NCBI GenBank assembly: GCA_038221095.1
Contig: JBBRIM010000002.1
Coordinates: forward strand, 1 to 33,824
Direction: 5' to 3'
From: Candidatus Limnocylindrales bacterium
GTDB taxonomy: Bacteria; Chloroflexota; Limnocylindria; Limnocylindrales; CSP1-4
Length of the DNA stretch: 33,824 bases
Part shown: positions 7,747 to 16,197 of the stretch, one piece after another
How the letters are laid out: each line of letters begins with the position of its first letter
Position numbering within the stretch: position 1 is the stretch's first letter
Notes under the pieces: generated by a model
What the model was told of the DNA's origin: nothing
The model's input: the letters and a program-made list of their open reading frames with translations, nothing else
Databases searched by the model: none
Translations under genes and position numbers: made by a program

Positions 7747-9176
7747 ATCCCGATCCGGGCGGCTCCGCGCGGGCGCGGGCGATCGCCATCCTGGGTGGTG
7801 GCTTCTCGGGCACGATGGTCGCAGTCCATCTGCTTCGGAATGCGTCCGCACCGCTCGAGATCAGCCTGATCGAGCGCCGGCCGGTCGTGGGCGAGGGGCT
7901 TGCCTACTCGACCACCCTGGGGACCCACGTCCTGAATGTGCCGGCTGCCAGGATGGGCGCCTTCGACGAGGGCATCGGCGATTTCCAGCGCTGGCTCAAG
8001 GCGCTCGAGCCGGAGTTCGGCGAGTTCGCCCCGGATGGGTTCGTTCCCCGGATCTGGTACGGGACCTACCTCCGATCGATCCTCGCCGAGGCTGAACTGG
8101 CGGCTCACGATGGGGTCAGGCTGCGCCGGATCGTCGACACGGTCGAATCCATCCAGCCCCGCCCGGCCGGACTCACGGTCGGCCTCGCCTCGGGCGACAT
8201 CCTCCAGGAGGACCGGATGGTCCTTGCCTTCGGCAACCTGCCGGCTGCTGATCCGCCCCTTGAGTCCGGCAGCCTGACCGGCCGGGCCGACTACATCCGG
8301 GATGCCTGGGACACGGAAGCCGTCCGGGCCATCCCGAGCGACGCCGACGTACTCCTGGTCGGAACAGGCCTGACGATGGTCGACTGGGCGTTCTCCCTGG
8401 GACGGCAGGGCCATCGCGGCACGATCCACGCCGTCTCGCGCCGGGGTCTCGTTCCGCGCGCTCACGGACCTGCGGCCCCGATCGTCCTCGGCCCCGGGAT
8501 CGACCTGGCAGCGCCGACCGCACTCGGATTGAGCCGGGCCGTCCGTCGCGAGGTCGGTTCCGTCGTTGCCGGCGGAGGGGACTGGCGCTCGGTGGTCGAT
8601 GCCCTCAGGCCACGGACCCAGGCCCTCTGGCGCTCACTGTCGATCGCCGAACGGCGCCGCTTCCTGCGCCACCTGCGGCCGTATTGGGATGTCCATCGCC
8701 ACCGGGCAGCACCCCACGTGGCGGCCCTGATCGCGGAGATGGAGCGGAGCGGCCGGTTGGTGATCCACGCCGGCCGGCTGGTCTCGGTCAGCGACCGGCC
8801 GGGGCGTTCGGTCGGCGCGGCGCCAGTCGCCGATGTGACGATCCGGGACCGCCGGACGGGAGCCGAGCGTATCCTCAGCGTCGAGCGGATCGTTAATGCG
8901 ATCGGACCGGGCGGCGACATCCGGTCGAGCGCTGAGCCCTTCCTCGATGGCCTGCTGCGGGCCGGGCTCGCCCAGGCCGACCCACTCGGGCTCGGCCTGC
9001 AGTCGACCTCGGATGGCGCCCTGATCGCGGCCGACGGGACGGTCTCCGACCGATTGTTCACGCTGGGCACACCCCGCCGGGGCGACCTGTGGGAGTCAAC
9101 AGCGGTCCCCGAACTGCGCGTCCAGGCGGCCCGCCTGGCGGCCCACCTGGACGAGGAGGCGAACCGGGATGACTGA
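7716..9176 (+). CDS. FAD/NAD(P)-binding oxidoreductase, YdhS-like (start uncertain)
   Basis: The dinucleotide-binding motif [10 protein letters not shown] lies upstream of the first ATG (7815), so the start must be further 5'. The only canonical in-frame candidate is GTG 7716, inside the clpX 3' end. Second Rossmann-like segment [12 protein letters not shown]. The stop overlaps the valS start. Confidence 0.75.
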   Translation: MARRAGRERLNPDPGGSARARAIAILGGGFSGTMVAVHLLRNASAPLEISLIERRPVVGEGLAYSTTLGTHVLNVPAARMGAFDEGIGDFQRWLKALEPEFGEFAPDGFVPRIWYGTYLRSILAEAELAAHDGVRLRRIVDTVESIQPRPAGLTVGLASGDILQEDRMVLAFGNLPAADPPLESGSLTGRADYIRDAWDTEAVRAIPSDADVLLVGTGLTMVDWAFSLGRQGHRGTIHAVSRRGLVPRAHGPAAPIVLGPGIDLAAPTALGLSRAVRREVGSVVAGGGDWRSVVDALRPRTQALWRSLSIAERRRFLRHLRPYWDVHRHRAAPHVAALIAEMERSGRLVIHAGRLVSVSDRPGRSVGAAPVADVTIRDRRTGAERILSVERIVNAIGPGGDIRSSAEPFLDGLLRAGLAQADPLGLGLQSTSDGALIAADGTVSDRLFTLGTPRRGDLWESTAVPELRVQAARLAAHLDEEANRDD

Positions 9177-11916
9177 GGCGCAGGAGGCCCCGGGCCTGCC
9201 CCGAGCCTACGACCCGGCCGTGGTCGAGAACGGCATCTACGAGCGTTGGCTGGCCGCCGACGTCTTCGCTCCGGACGGCGCGGGGAACCGCGCCCGGCCC
9301 GGCGCCGAGCCCTTCGTGATCATCCAGCCGCCGCCGAATGTCACCGGGGCCCTCCACGTTGGCCACGCCTTCACCGCGGATATGGAAGATGTCATGGTCC
9401 GCCATGCCCGGATGAACGGGCGGCCAACGCTGTGGTTGCCGGGCCTCGATCACGCGTCGATCGCGGCCCAGGTTGTCCTCGACCGGATCCTCGATGGCGA
9501 GGGGGAGTCGCGGGCGTCGCTCGGCCGGGAGCGCTATCTGGAGCGAATGTGGGCATTCGTCAACACCACCCGCGAGACGATCATCCGGCAGAGCCGCCGC
9601 TTCGGGTCCTCGCTCGACTGGGACCGGCTCCGGTTCACCATGGACGAGACCAGTTCAAAGGCGGTGCGAACCGCCTTCGCCCGGCTGTACACGGATGGGC
9701 TCGCCTACCGGACCGAAGCCCTGGCCAACTGGTGCGCCGGTTGCCAGACGACCGTCAGCGACCTGGAGGTGGTGCCGACGCCCGAAACCGGGACCCTCTG
9801 GACGATCCGCTACCACGTCGTCGAATCCGACGGTACGGTCCGGCCCGATCGCTGGATCGAGATCGCCACGACCCGCCCGGAGACCCTTCTCGGGGATGTT
9901 GCCGTGGCGGTCCATCCCAACGACCCGCGCTATCGCGACCTGCTCGGGGTCAACGTCCTGATCCCGTTCGTCGAACGAGTCGTGCCGGTCATCAACGATC
10001 CGGTCGTGCGTCTCGACTTCGGCACCGGCGCCGTGAAGATCACCCCGGCCCACGATCCGGAGGACTACGCGACCGGCCGTCGCCACGACCTGCCCATGAT
10101 CAACGTCTTTGACGATGCCGGGCGGATCAACGAGAACGGCAACGGCTACGCCGGGCTCGGGCTGGCCGAGGCGCGCCGGCGGATCCTGGCCGAGCTCGAG
10201 GTCCGAGGCGACCTGGTTGGGGCGGTTCCCCACGAGATGCTCATCGGACGCTGTCAGCGCAGCAACGACGTGATCGAACCGCGGCTCAAGACCCAGTGGT
10301 TCATCCGGACAAAGCCCCTCGCCGAGCGCGCCCTGGAAGCCACCCGGAGCGGCCGGACGATGATCCTGCCGGAACACTTCGAGAAGGTCTGGGAGCATTG
10401 GCTGACCGAGATCCGCGACTGGAACGTCAGCCGCCAGCTGTGGTGGGGCCACCGGATTCCGGCCTGGTACTGCCCGGATGGCCATATCACGGTGACGGCC
10501 GACCCGGCTGGGCCATCTGCCTGTGAAACCTGTCAACGGCCGGTGGCCACGTTGCGCCAGGACGACGACATCTTCGATACCTGGTTCTCGTCCGGCCTGT
10601 GGCCGTTCTCGACGCTGGGCTGGCCGGACGATACCGACGACCTGCGCCGCTACTACCCGAATTCGGTCCTGGAGACCGGCTACGACATCATCTTCTTCTG
10701 GGTCGCCCGGATGATGATGCTGGGGATCCATTTCACCGGTCAGGCCCCGTTCCACACGGTCTACCTGCACGGGATGGTCCGCGACGCGATCGGCAAGAAG
10801 ATGTCGAAGACGACCGGCAACGTGGTCGATCCGCTCGAGGCGATCGACGAAATCGGGGCGGACGCGCTGCGCTTCGCCCTGGTCAACGGGACGTCGGCCG
10901 GGAACGACCAGAAGCTCGCCGCGGAGCGCCTCGAGTCGGCCCGCAATTTCGGCAACAAGCTCTGGAACGCGGCTCGCTTCGTGCTCGGTGCACGGCCGGC
11001 GACGATCGCCCGGGACGGCGCTCGGGTGGCGCCCGACCCGGATGAGCTCGGTCCGGCGGAGCGCTGGATCCGGAGCCGGACCGCCGCCACGACCGCGGCC
11101 GTCAACCGGGCGATCGCCGACTACGCCTTCGGCGAGGCCACCCGGATCCTGTACGACGCCGTCTGGAGTGAGTTGTGCGATTGGGGCCTGGAGCTGGCCA
11201 AGGTGCGGCTGACCGATACCTCCCTCTCAAGCGCGGCGCGCGAGGCGACGTGGTGGACGTTGGTCGAGGCCCTCGATACGAACCTGCGCCTGCTCCATCC
11301 GTTCATGCCATTCCTGACCGAGGCAATCTGGACGGCGACGCCCCACGGGCTTGATGACCCGGAGCTGCTGATCGTGGCCGACTGGCCGGGGCCCGATGTC
11401 GCGACCCGCCGCGACGAAGCCGCCGAGACCGAGGTCGGCGTCGTGATCGACCTCGTTCGGGGCATTCGCAACGCCCGATCAGAGGCTCATGTCGAGCCGT
11501 CCACGTGGCTGCCGGTCGACCTCGTGGGGGATCCGGCGGCGGCCGGGGCGGCCGAGGCGCTCCGGCCAGCCCTGGAACGCCTTGCCCGGATCCGTCCATT
11601 GACGATCCACTCGACCCGGGCAGCGTTCCTGGCTGCGACCGGAGGCGCCGGCCTGTCGGTCATCGGGAGTGGCTGGGAAGCCGTCGTCGGCCGGGTCTCG
11701 GCGGAAGCCGCTGACGCCGACTTGATCGCTCTCGACCGGCAGAGACTCGAGCGCGAACTCCAAACGACCCGGGGACTGCTCGCCGCAGCTCGGGCTCGCC
11801 TGGCCAATGAGGCATTCGTGGGCAAGGCGCCGGCGCCGGTCGTCGAGGGCGCCCGCGTCCGCACGGCCGAGCTGGCCGACCAGGTCGCCAGGCTCGAGGA
11901 GCGTCTGAAGCCCTGA
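9169..11916 (+). CDS. valS: Valine--tRNA ligase
   Basis: 915 aa. Class I signature PPPNVTGALHVGHA (HIGH-type), KMSKTTGN (KMSKS), and a C-terminal coiled-coil. Confidence 0.96.
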   Translation: MTEAQEAPGLPRAYDPAVVENGIYERWLAADVFAPDGAGNRARPGAEPFVIIQPPPNVTGALHVGHAFTADMEDVMVRHARMNGRPTLWLPGLDHASIAAQVVLDRILDGEGESRASLGRERYLERMWAFVNTTRETIIRQSRRFGSSLDWDRLRFTMDETSSKAVRTAFARLYTDGLAYRTEALANWCAGCQTTVSDLEVVPTPETGTLWTIRYHVVESDGTVRPDRWIEIATTRPETLLGDVAVAVHPNDPRYRDLLGVNVLIPFVERVVPVINDPVVRLDFGTGAVKITPAHDPEDYATGRRHDLPMINVFDDAGRINENGNGYAGLGLAEARRRILAELEVRGDLVGAVPHEMLIGRCQRSNDVIEPRLKTQWFIRTKPLAERALEATRSGRTMILPEHFEKVWEHWLTEIRDWNVSRQLWWGHRIPAWYCPDGHITVTADPAGPSACETCQRPVATLRQDDDIFDTWFSSGLWPFSTLGWPDDTDDLRRYYPNSVLETGYDIIFFWVARMMMLGIHFTGQAPFHTVYLHGMVRDAIGKKMSKTTGNVVDPLEAIDEIGADALRFALVNGTSAGNDQKLAAERLESARNFGNKLWNAARFVLGARPATIARDGARVAPDPDELGPAERWIRSRTAATTAAVNRAIADYAFGEATRILYDAVWSELCDWGLELAKVRLTDTSLSSAAREATWWTLVEALDTNLRLLHPFMPFLTEAIWTATPHGLDDPELLIVADWPGPDVATRRDEAAETEVGVVIDLVRGIRNARSEAHVEPSTWLPVDLVGDPAAAGAAEALRPALERLARIRPLTIHSTRAAFLAATGGAGLSVIGSGWEAVVGRVSAEAADADLIALDRQRLERELQTTRGLLAAARARLANEAFVGKAPAPVVEGARVRTAELADQVARLEERLKP

Positions 11917-11991
11917 GGCCGGGCCGGCCGACCCGCCTGGGCCGGGTGCAACCGTACGGTGGTCACCCTGTCCCGGGCGGCGGCCTCGCGC

Positions 11992-11997
11992 TATCAT
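11992..11997 (+). promoter_or_regulatory. -10-like hexamer TATCAT upstream of the 12029 gene
   Basis: TATCAT lies 31 nt upstream of the GTG at 12029. The leader contains the SD GGGGAG. A 10-bp perfect palindrome ACCGTACGGT (11951-11960) lies just upstream. Confidence 0.25.
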
Positions 11998-12028
11998 CGC
12001 CCGGAGGCCACACCACGGGGAGTAGTTC

Positions 12029-12775
12029 GTGTCACCTGAATTCCTGAGACGCAAGAACTCGGGCGCCAAGTCCGGCGCGGGCGAGGGAGTCGCGTCAGGC
12101 GCGCTGCCTGAGGAGATCTCCGCCCAGGAGTACCAGCTCAAGCTGTACTACGCGGGCAAGAGCAGCGCCGGGGTCCGCTTCAAGGCCGGCCCCCATACCC
12201 TCCACGAGATTCCCTCGATGCTGGCCGGGATCAGCCGGAGCGAGGTCGAGGTGGTCGAGCCGCTGCCGATCGAGTTCAGCCAGGCATCGCCCTCGATTGT
12301 CCATCCGTCCGAGGCACTCCAGTGGCTGAACGCCCACCATGCCAGCTCGCCGATCACGCGCCATGCCCTCGTCGTCCTGGAGTCGATCGACGCGATCGAC
12401 CTTGCCTTTGACACGTTTGCCTGCGGCCTGCTCGAAGGTGAGACGGACACGTCCGGCTATCCCGAGTACAGCGCGATTGTGGGTGGGGTCGCCTCGCACT
12501 GGGACGAGGCGAACGGCGACCTCGTCCTGCGGGCCGTCGTCGGCTGGGGCGGCCGGGGCGTCCGCGGCGACACCGACCGGAACGGGGCCCGGATCCTGGG
12601 CGGGTTGCTGACGAACATCATGGCCAACCAGTACTCGATGGGCCTGACGGCGCTCGAGCGGCCCGTCCCGGCGGCCGGTCGAGGCGGCCTGGTGTGCGCC
12701 CATTGCGGTTTTGCCTCCGCCCACGAGCGCGCCTTCTACTGCCCCAAGTGCGGCATGCGCCTGCTGCGCGGATAA
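12029..12775 (+). CDS. Hypothetical protein with C-terminal zinc ribbon (CxxC-N12-CxxC)
   Basis: GTG at 12029 lies 7 nt after the SD GGGGAG. 248 aa with strong G/C third-position bias. The C-terminus is CAHCGFASAHERAFYCPKCGMRL. I recognise no family for the rest. Confidence 0.65.
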   Translation: MSPEFLRRKNSGAKSGAGEGVASGALPEEISAQEYQLKLYYAGKSSAGVRFKAGPHTLHEIPSMLAGISRSEVEVVEPLPIEFSQASPSIVHPSEALQWLNAHHASSPITRHALVVLESIDAIDLAFDTFACGLLEGETDTSGYPEYSAIVGGVASHWDEANGDLVLRAVVGWGGRGVRGDTDRNGARILGGLLTNIMANQYSMGLTALERPVPAAGRGGLVCAHCGFASAHERAFYCPKCGMRLLRG

Positions 12776-12786
12776 TCGCCCACCTG

Positions 12787-13170
12787 ATGCCCACCTACGA
12801 CTACATCTGCTCGAACTGCCACAGGACGACGGAGATCCGCCACTCGATCAGCGGCAGCGCGCCCGCCGCCTGCCCGGCCTGTGGTGCCCTGGGGACCCTG
12901 AGTAAGGCGTTCAATCCGCCCACGATCCACTTCAAGGGATCGGGTTGGGCCAAGAAGGACCGGAGTGGGGCCAGTGCAAAGCCGACCCGGTCGGCCGAGT
13001 CGGGCGAGTCGTCCGAGGCCACCCAGAAGCCGGCTCCAGGTTCAGGCGAGAGTTCGCCTGAACCTGGCTCGACCGGCGACTCCAGCGCCAAACCTGCGGA
13101 TGCCAAGCCAAAGCCGGCGGCTGCCAAGGGCGGCACGCTGCCGTCGGCGCCCGCGACGTCGGCCGACTGA
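12787..13170 (+). CDS. FmdB family zinc-ribbon protein (CxxC_CxxC_SSSS type), 127 aa
   Basis: MPTYDYICSNCHRTTEI...CPACGA... is the canonical FmdB N-terminus, followed by a low-complexity S/E/P/A/K tail. Track ORF 12694..13170 is over-extended. Confidence 0.85.
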   Translation: MPTYDYICSNCHRTTEIRHSISGSAPAACPACGALGTLSKAFNPPTIHFKGSGWAKKDRSGASAKPTRSAESGESSEATQKPAPGSGESSPEPGSTGDSSAKPADAKPKPAAAKGGTLPSAPATSAD

Positions 13171-13172
13171 TC

Positions 13173-13406
13173 ATGGCCGCCCCCGCCGATTGGATCACCC
13201 TGGCCGAGGCAAGCGAGATCCTGGCCGCGGCCAACATCCGGTTCCAACCAGCGACGATCGGCCGCTGGGCCCGCACGGGCCGGCTCCAGAGCATCAAGCT
13301 CGGTGGTCGTCGGTTCGTCCGCCGGGGCCAGGTCAGGGCACTGGTCGCGGCACCCCGCCACGTCCGCGCCGGCGACCTTCAACCGGGGCTCTTCGAGGAA
13401 CTGTAG
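13173..13406 (+). CDS. Helix-turn-helix DNA-binding protein (MerR-superfamily / excisionase-type HTH), 77 aa
   Basis: WITLAEASEILAAANIRFQPATIGRWARTGRLQSIKLGGRRFVRRGQV matches the excisionase-type HTH pattern. It starts 2 nt after the FmdB stop. Confidence 0.7.
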   Translation: MAAPADWITLAEASEILAAANIRFQPATIGRWARTGRLQSIKLGGRRFVRRGQVRALVAAPRHVRAGDLQPGLFEEL

Positions 13407-13440
13407 GATCCGCCGCCTGCGAGGGGCTTGGGCCGGGTTC

Positions 13441-14280
13441 ATGGGCCTGCCGGGTCCGCGGCGGACGCACCTTGTGGTTGCCGCCTATGGCCGGCTCGGC
13501 GGCGGGATCCTGGCCGACGGACTTGCCTACAACGCGCTGTTCGCGCTGCTGCCGGCCCTCCTCCTCGTCGCCGCCGTGGTCGGCCTGGTCGTCCAGGATC
13601 CGGCTCGCCAGACCGAGATCGTGGATGCGATCGCGGCCTACGTGCCGCCGCTTCGGGATTTGCTCGGCCGGACGCTCGATGCGATGTCCGCCGGAGCAGC
13701 CCAGGTATCGATCGTTGGCCTCGTGACCCTGGTCTGGGGCGCCAGCCGTTTCGCGCGCGCCATGGACACGAGCTTCGACCGGGTGTTCGACCGCAGGCCC
13801 GAACGAGGCATTGTCCGGCGCTCGTTGCTCGGCATCACCTCTGTCGTGGTCCTGATCGCCGCCGTGGTCGCCGCCCTCGGACTGGCCTCGGTCGGATCCC
13901 TCGTGATGGCCGGTCTGGGCGACCGTGCAGTCAAGATCGACCTGGCCAACTTCGCCCTGCTCAACCCGCTGGTGGCGGCCGGGACCACAGCCGCTGGGGT
14001 CGCGGCTGTCTATCGCTACATGCCACCGAGCAGGCCGAGCTGGCGGGCGATCGGGTTGCCGGCCCTGGTGGTCGGCGTTGGGGCCGCCATATTCACCCAG
14101 ATCTTTACCTTTGTCGCTCCGAGGCTGATCGGAATTGCCGTGCTGTATGGCGCGGTCGCGGCCACGTTTGCCGTGCTGGCCTGGCTGTCGATCGTGGCCC
14201 AGCTGCTCCTGCTGGGACTCGTCTGGGTGCGCTTTCGGGAGGAGGGCTGGCCGGCCCGCGAACGTCGCGAGACGCGCTGA
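13441..14280 (+). CDS. YihY/BrkB family inner-membrane protein (279 aa)
   Basis: The ATG at 13441 gives MGLPGPRRTHLVVAAYGRLGGGILADGLAYNALFALLPALLL..., characteristic of YihY (formerly called RNase BN). Multiple TM segments. Confidence 0.85.
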   Translation: MGLPGPRRTHLVVAAYGRLGGGILADGLAYNALFALLPALLLVAAVVGLVVQDPARQTEIVDAIAAYVPPLRDLLGRTLDAMSAGAAQVSIVGLVTLVWGASRFARAMDTSFDRVFDRRPERGIVRRSLLGITSVVVLIAAVVAALGLASVGSLVMAGLGDRAVKIDLANFALLNPLVAAGTTAAGVAAVYRYMPPSRPSWRAIGLPALVVGVGAAIFTQIFTFVAPRLIGIAVLYGAVAATFAVLAWLSIVAQLLLLGLVWVRFREEGWPARERRETR

Positions 14281-16014
14281 TCAGCCCTGGCGCGAACCGC
14301 ACCGGCGGCAGAAGCGGGCTGTCGCCGAGAGGGACAGGCCGCAGCTGATGCACGACTGGATGCCGCCCGGCACGGCGGATTGGGCGGCCGCGACGACGAC
14401 TTCCTGGGCCGAGGCGTTCCACAGGCCGGCATCGCGGCTTGCCCACGTCGGAGGGACGCTCAGGTCCACGCCCGGCCGAAGCGGGGCGGGCCATTCGGGC
14501 GCCTGGCCTGTGGGTTGCATCGGCCAGATGGGTGGTGCTGCCAGCGGAGCCACGGGTGGCGGGCGGACCGACGCCGGGGTGGGGGCAGCCTCGGGTTGGG
14601 CCGGAGGGCCACTCCAGGGCGCCTGCGCCGGCGTGGGCCAGACTGGCGTCTCGACAATATCGACGGCGGGGGCATTGGGCGTGGGTTCCGCTTCAACCAG
14701 CACGACCGCCTCAACTGCCTCGACCGGCGCGACTGCCTCGGCTGGCGGGCTGGCTTCGACCGCCTCAACTGCCTCGACCGGCGCGACGGGTTCGGCGGGC
14801 GCCGGTTCGGTGGCCCACTCGCGCTGGGGCGCGACGATCGGGGCGGTCTCGTCGGCGCCGGACTTCACCCGGAAACGCCCCAGCAGCCGGGTGGTTCGCT
14901 CGGCCAGCTCAGCGGCTCGAAGATCGAACTCGGCAGCGGCAGGTTCGATCGGGCCGACCGGCTCGGCGACCTCCGCCGCGGTCTCGTCCGGTGGCAGGGC
15001 CTGGCTCTCCGCAACCGAGCCGGGGACCTCGCTCGTGGACTCTGGAACCTCGTGCGTGTACTCAAGCGCCCACTCGTCGGGCTCGACCGCCGCCAGCGGC
15101 TGGAGCGCTGAAGCGTCTTCGGCGGGCAGGGGCTCGTCGACGGCCGGAGCCGCGGCCGCGGTAGGTTCCAGGACTCGTGCCAGGGGTTCGCTGTCCCAGC
15201 TCGGCTCGGCGACTGGTGCAACGTCTTCGGCTGATTCCACGCCTTCGACCGATTCCCTGGTTTCTACCGGCGCCACGGCCTCCACCTGGTCCGCTGCGGC
15301 GTCATGGACGTGCCCATTGGTTGGTTCGGGGATCGGAGCGTAGCCGGTGAACGGCCGTGCCCAGAAATCGTTCGTGGGGGCACTGTCCTCGGTCGCGATT
15401 CCCGGGGCAGCAGCCTCAGGCTCGCTGACAGGCTCGGCCGGGGCCACAGTCGCGGGCTCCAGCGCAGCCTGGGCTTCTGCCGTCTGGACCAGGTCGATGG
15501 TCGGCCAGACCGAGTCGGCGCCTGGTGCCGCTGGCGAATCCGGCACAGCCGGCGCCTCCGCCTCAGGTTCGAGGTGGCCGTTTCCGTTCGAGCTCGGAGC
15601 AACCCCGGCGTCGACAGGAGTCTGGGCAATGACTGATGACATCCCGCCACCCGACAGGAGGTCATCGAGCGGGGATCGGAGCTGGCTTCCCGAAAGGGCC
15701 AGCGGCGCGCAACTCAGGCAGCGGCCGTCGGCCTCATTCCAGCAGTTCGCGCAGGTGTACTGGCGACACGACATGCAGAACTGGAACGTCTGATGGAACG
15801 CGTCGAGTTGCCCGCCGGTCATCTCGCGCTGCTCCTCGGAGCGGGCCTCGGCAAGTGCCTCGTCCAACGACGAATCGTCGCTGAGGACGTAGTTCTTGAG
15901 GCCCTTCGAAAGGACCTTGAGCCTGCCGATCCGGCGCTTCTTCGGGATGGCCGCCTCGAACGTGTAGCGAGTGCCACATCGTTCACAGAACGACTCGGTG
16001 ATGATCTCGGTCAT
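14281..16014 (-). CDS. Zinc-ribbon-rich protein with a long acidic Pro/Ala/Glu/Val low-complexity repeat core (577 aa), uncharacterised
   Basis: The ATG at 16014 gives MTEIITESFCERCGTRY...FCMSCRQYTCANCWNEADGRCLSCAP (8 Cys as four CxxC pairs). The C-terminus is CISCGLSLSATARFCRRCG (zinc ribbon). The middle ~400 aa is acidic low complexity with VAPVEAVEAVE repeats. Track ORF 14281..16470 is over-extended. Confidence 0.75.
   Translation of the reverse strand: MTEIITESFCERCGTRYTFEAAIPKKRRIGRLKVLSKGLKNYVLSDDSSLDEALAEARSEEQREMTGGQLDAFHQTFQFCMSCRQYTCANCWNEADGRCLSCAPLALSGSQLRSPLDDLLSGGGMSSVIAQTPVDAGVAPSSNGNGHLEPEAEAPAVPDSPAAPGADSVWPTIDLVQTAEAQAALEPATVAPAEPVSEPEAAAPGIATEDSAPTNDFWARPFTGYAPIPEPTNGHVHDAAADQVEAVAPVETRESVEGVESAEDVAPVAEPSWDSEPLARVLEPTAAAAPAVDEPLPAEDASALQPLAAVEPDEWALEYTHEVPESTSEVPGSVAESQALPPDETAAEVAEPVGPIEPAAAEFDLRAAELAERTTRLLGRFRVKSGADETAPIVAPQREWATEPAPAEPVAPVEAVEAVEASPPAEAVAPVEAVEAVVLVEAEPTPNAPAVDIVETPVWPTPAQAPWSGPPAQPEAAPTPASVRPPPVAPLAAPPIWPMQPTGQAPEWPAPLRPGVDLSVPPTWASRDAGLWNASAQEVVVAAAQSAVPGGIQSCISCGLSLSATARFCRRCGSRQG
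14703..14787 (-). repeat. 31-nt perfect direct repeat with 54-nt period, inside the zinc-ribbon protein gene
   Basis: CGACCGCCTCAACTGCCTCGACCGGCGCGAC occurs at 14703-14733 and again at 14757-14787. On the minus strand it encodes VAPVEAVEAVE twice (18-aa period). Confidence 0.9.
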
Positions 16015-16069
16015 GCGACTTTCACGCGTGGGACACGCCCGGGGTATCGCGCTCCCCCAGCGGGGCGAG

Positions 16070-16075
16070 AGTATA
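16070..16075 (-). promoter_or_regulatory. -10-like hexamer TATACT (minus strand) for the zinc-ribbon protein gene
   Basis: Plus-strand AGTATA at 16070-16075 reads TATACT on the minus strand. It lies about 55 nt upstream of the start at 16014. Confidence 0.25.
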
Positions 16076-16181
16076 GCGCAGGGTCCCCGCCCGACCCTGC
16101 ACCGCAGGTACCCCCATCGCCTTCCGATCGTACGGTTCGCCGGTGCCGGGATCGGCCGGGTCCGGCGGCCGGGCGGCCTGC

Positions 16182-16187
16182 TAGACT
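16182..16187 (+). promoter_or_regulatory. -10-like hexamer TAGACT, 10 nt upstream of the fhaA ATG (very short or no leader)
   Basis: TAGACT at 16182-16187. The ATG is at 16198 and there is no SD between them. Confidence 0.25.
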
Positions 16188-16197
16188 CCGGCCGACC

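Noticed and set aside
6328-7851. 507-aa minus-strand ORF opposite clpX
   Set aside because: Antisense shadow of a highly conserved gene, with no recognisable motifs.
9655-10770. 371-aa minus-strand ORF opposite valS, plus several plus-strand off-frame ORFs inside valS
   Set aside because: Shadow or off-frame ORFs inside a well-supported 915-aa valS.
13173-13406. Excisionase-type HTH as a marker of an integrated element
   Set aside because: No integrase, att-like repeats or phage/ICE genes are within reach. The neighbours (FmdB, YihY) are ordinary chromosomal genes.
12801-13442. 213-aa minus-strand ORF opposite the FmdB and HTH genes
   Set aside because: The plus strand carries the canonical FmdB N-terminus and an HTH. 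The minus ORF is compositionally shadow-like.
14703-14787. 31-nt direct repeat as a possible CRISPR or minisatellite array
   Set aside because: There are only two copies, it lies inside a coding region, the period is a multiple of 3, and no cas genes are present. It is a coding-repeat duplication.
14135-15343. 402-aa plus-strand Ser/Ala/Gly/Thr-rich ORF (could look like a PE_PGRS- or mucin-like surface protein)
   Set aside because: It is the antisense reading of the acidic Pro/Ala/Glu repeat region. The minus-strand frame is bracketed by bona fide zinc-ribbon motifs at both ends, and the plus ORF starts inside yihY.
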